The translations under genes were made by a program, and so were the position numbers. Source: a virus (lineage: Duplodnaviria; Caudoviricetes). From it: DNA of 36,523 bases. The stretch is taken from IMG/VR virus record IMGVR_UViG_3300025389_000051, positions 1-36,523 of that record. One strand, given 5' to 3'. Below are positions 35,693 to 36,523 of the stretch, piece by piece. Below the pieces are notes generated by a model. The model worked only from the letters and a program-made list of their open reading frames with translations. It had not been told where the DNA came from and did no database searches. Each line of letters opens with the position of its first letter. Position 1 is the stretch's first letter.

Positions 35693-36523
35693 CCGATAAC
35701 ATCAATGTAAGCCCCGTCACACCTCAGATTGTTGTTGCTTCTGCTGGCGTTCGCGGTGTTCAAGGTGTTCAGGGTACTCAAGGCACTCAGGGCGTACAGG
35801 GAACTCAAGGTATTCAGGGCAACCAAGGCACACAAGGAACTCAAGGTGTTCAGGGGCTACAAGGAACACAGGGAGTTCAAGGCGTTCAAGGTACTCAGGG
35901 TCTATTGGGCTTGCAGGGTACACAGGGAACTCAGGGCGTACAGGGCAACACAGGTATTCAAGGCGCGGTAGGAACACAAGGCGCTACTGGAACGCAAGGC
36001 ACACAAGGCGTTCAAGGTGTTCAAGGTACTCAAGGCGTTCAGGGATTGCTCGGCTTGCAGGGAACTGTTGGCGCTCAGGGCATGACTGGCTCGCAAGGCA
36101 CGACAGGCACACAGGGCGCGACTGGTACACAGGGAACTGTTGGCGCTCAAGGAACTATCGGCTCACAGGGCGTTCAAGGATTGCAAGGCGTTCAAGGTCA
36201 TTACGGCAATCAAGGTACAACTGGTACTCAAGGATTTACTGGGTTGCAGGGATTACAAGGCAACCAAGGCACAACAGGTATTCAAGGAACCGTTGGCGCA
36301 CAAGGTACTCAAGGAGTGCAGGGCGTTCAAGGAACTCAAGGTACTCAGGGTGTTCAGGGAATTGTTGGCCCGATTGCATCAAATAACGCACACGCCTCTG
36401 CTCGCGTTGCAACAACCGCCGATCTTAACGCTACATATACTGCTGGTTCTGCCGATCAAGGCGGTGGCTATGGTATTGGCGCAAAACTTACGCACAATAC
36501 AAACGGTGCTATTTCGATTGACG
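35689..36523 (+). CDS. Collagen-like fibre protein, 3' truncated (not in ORF track)
   Basis: ATGA overlap; 70 consecutive Gly-X-Y triplets (35746-36375), mostly GTQ/GVQ, then ARVATTADL; open to the window end. Confidence 0.9.
   Translation, partial: MTDNINVSPVTPQIVVASAGVRGVQGVQGTQGTQGVQGTQGIQGNQGTQGTQGVQGLQGTQGVQGVQGTQGLLGLQGTQGTQGVQGNTGIQGAVGTQGATGTQGTQGVQGVQGTQGVQGLLGLQGTVGAQGMTGSQGTTGTQGATGTQGTVGAQGTIGSQGVQGLQGVQGHYGNQGTTGTQGFTGLQGLQGNQGTTGIQGTVGAQGTQGVQGVQGTQGTQGVQGIVGPIASNNAHASARVATTADLNATYTAGSADQGGGYGIGAKLTHNTNGAISID

Noticed and set aside
35717-36150. Track ORFs at 35717, 35729 and 35902
   Set aside because: Alternative-frame shadows of the collagen repeat
1-36523. Terminal repeats or alternative genetic code
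   Set aside because: The two ends share no visible overlap, and genes are intact under the standard code with all three stop codons in use

Overview
Near-complete genome of a tailed dsDNA phage with siphovirus-type tail genes, most likely infecting an actinobacterium (WhiB, actinobacterial-type SSB and LexA box, apparently leaderless genes). Almost all genes are on the + strand. The order is: glycan-related enzymes, portal, MuF, prohead protease/scaffold, capsid, tail (with a -1 frameshifted chaperone), lysis cassette, early/replication genes, terminase, and a collagen-like fibre gene cut off by the window end. No integrase, tRNA or CRISPR array was seen. The most striking unexplained signal is a candidate RNA regulatory circuit. 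A two-hairpin non-coding element at 30163-30237 carries GCCGUUC and ACCUCCAG at its loops. These are complementary to the two motifs (CGGY and CUGGAGG, the Shine-Dalgarno) shared by three early-gene leaders ahead of 22329, 22992 and 27179. The 27179 leader lies downstream of a LexA box and heads an array of small unrelated ORFs joined by a repeated GGTGGCATAAATG junction. All protein calls come from motifs and synteny read by eye; no searches were run.
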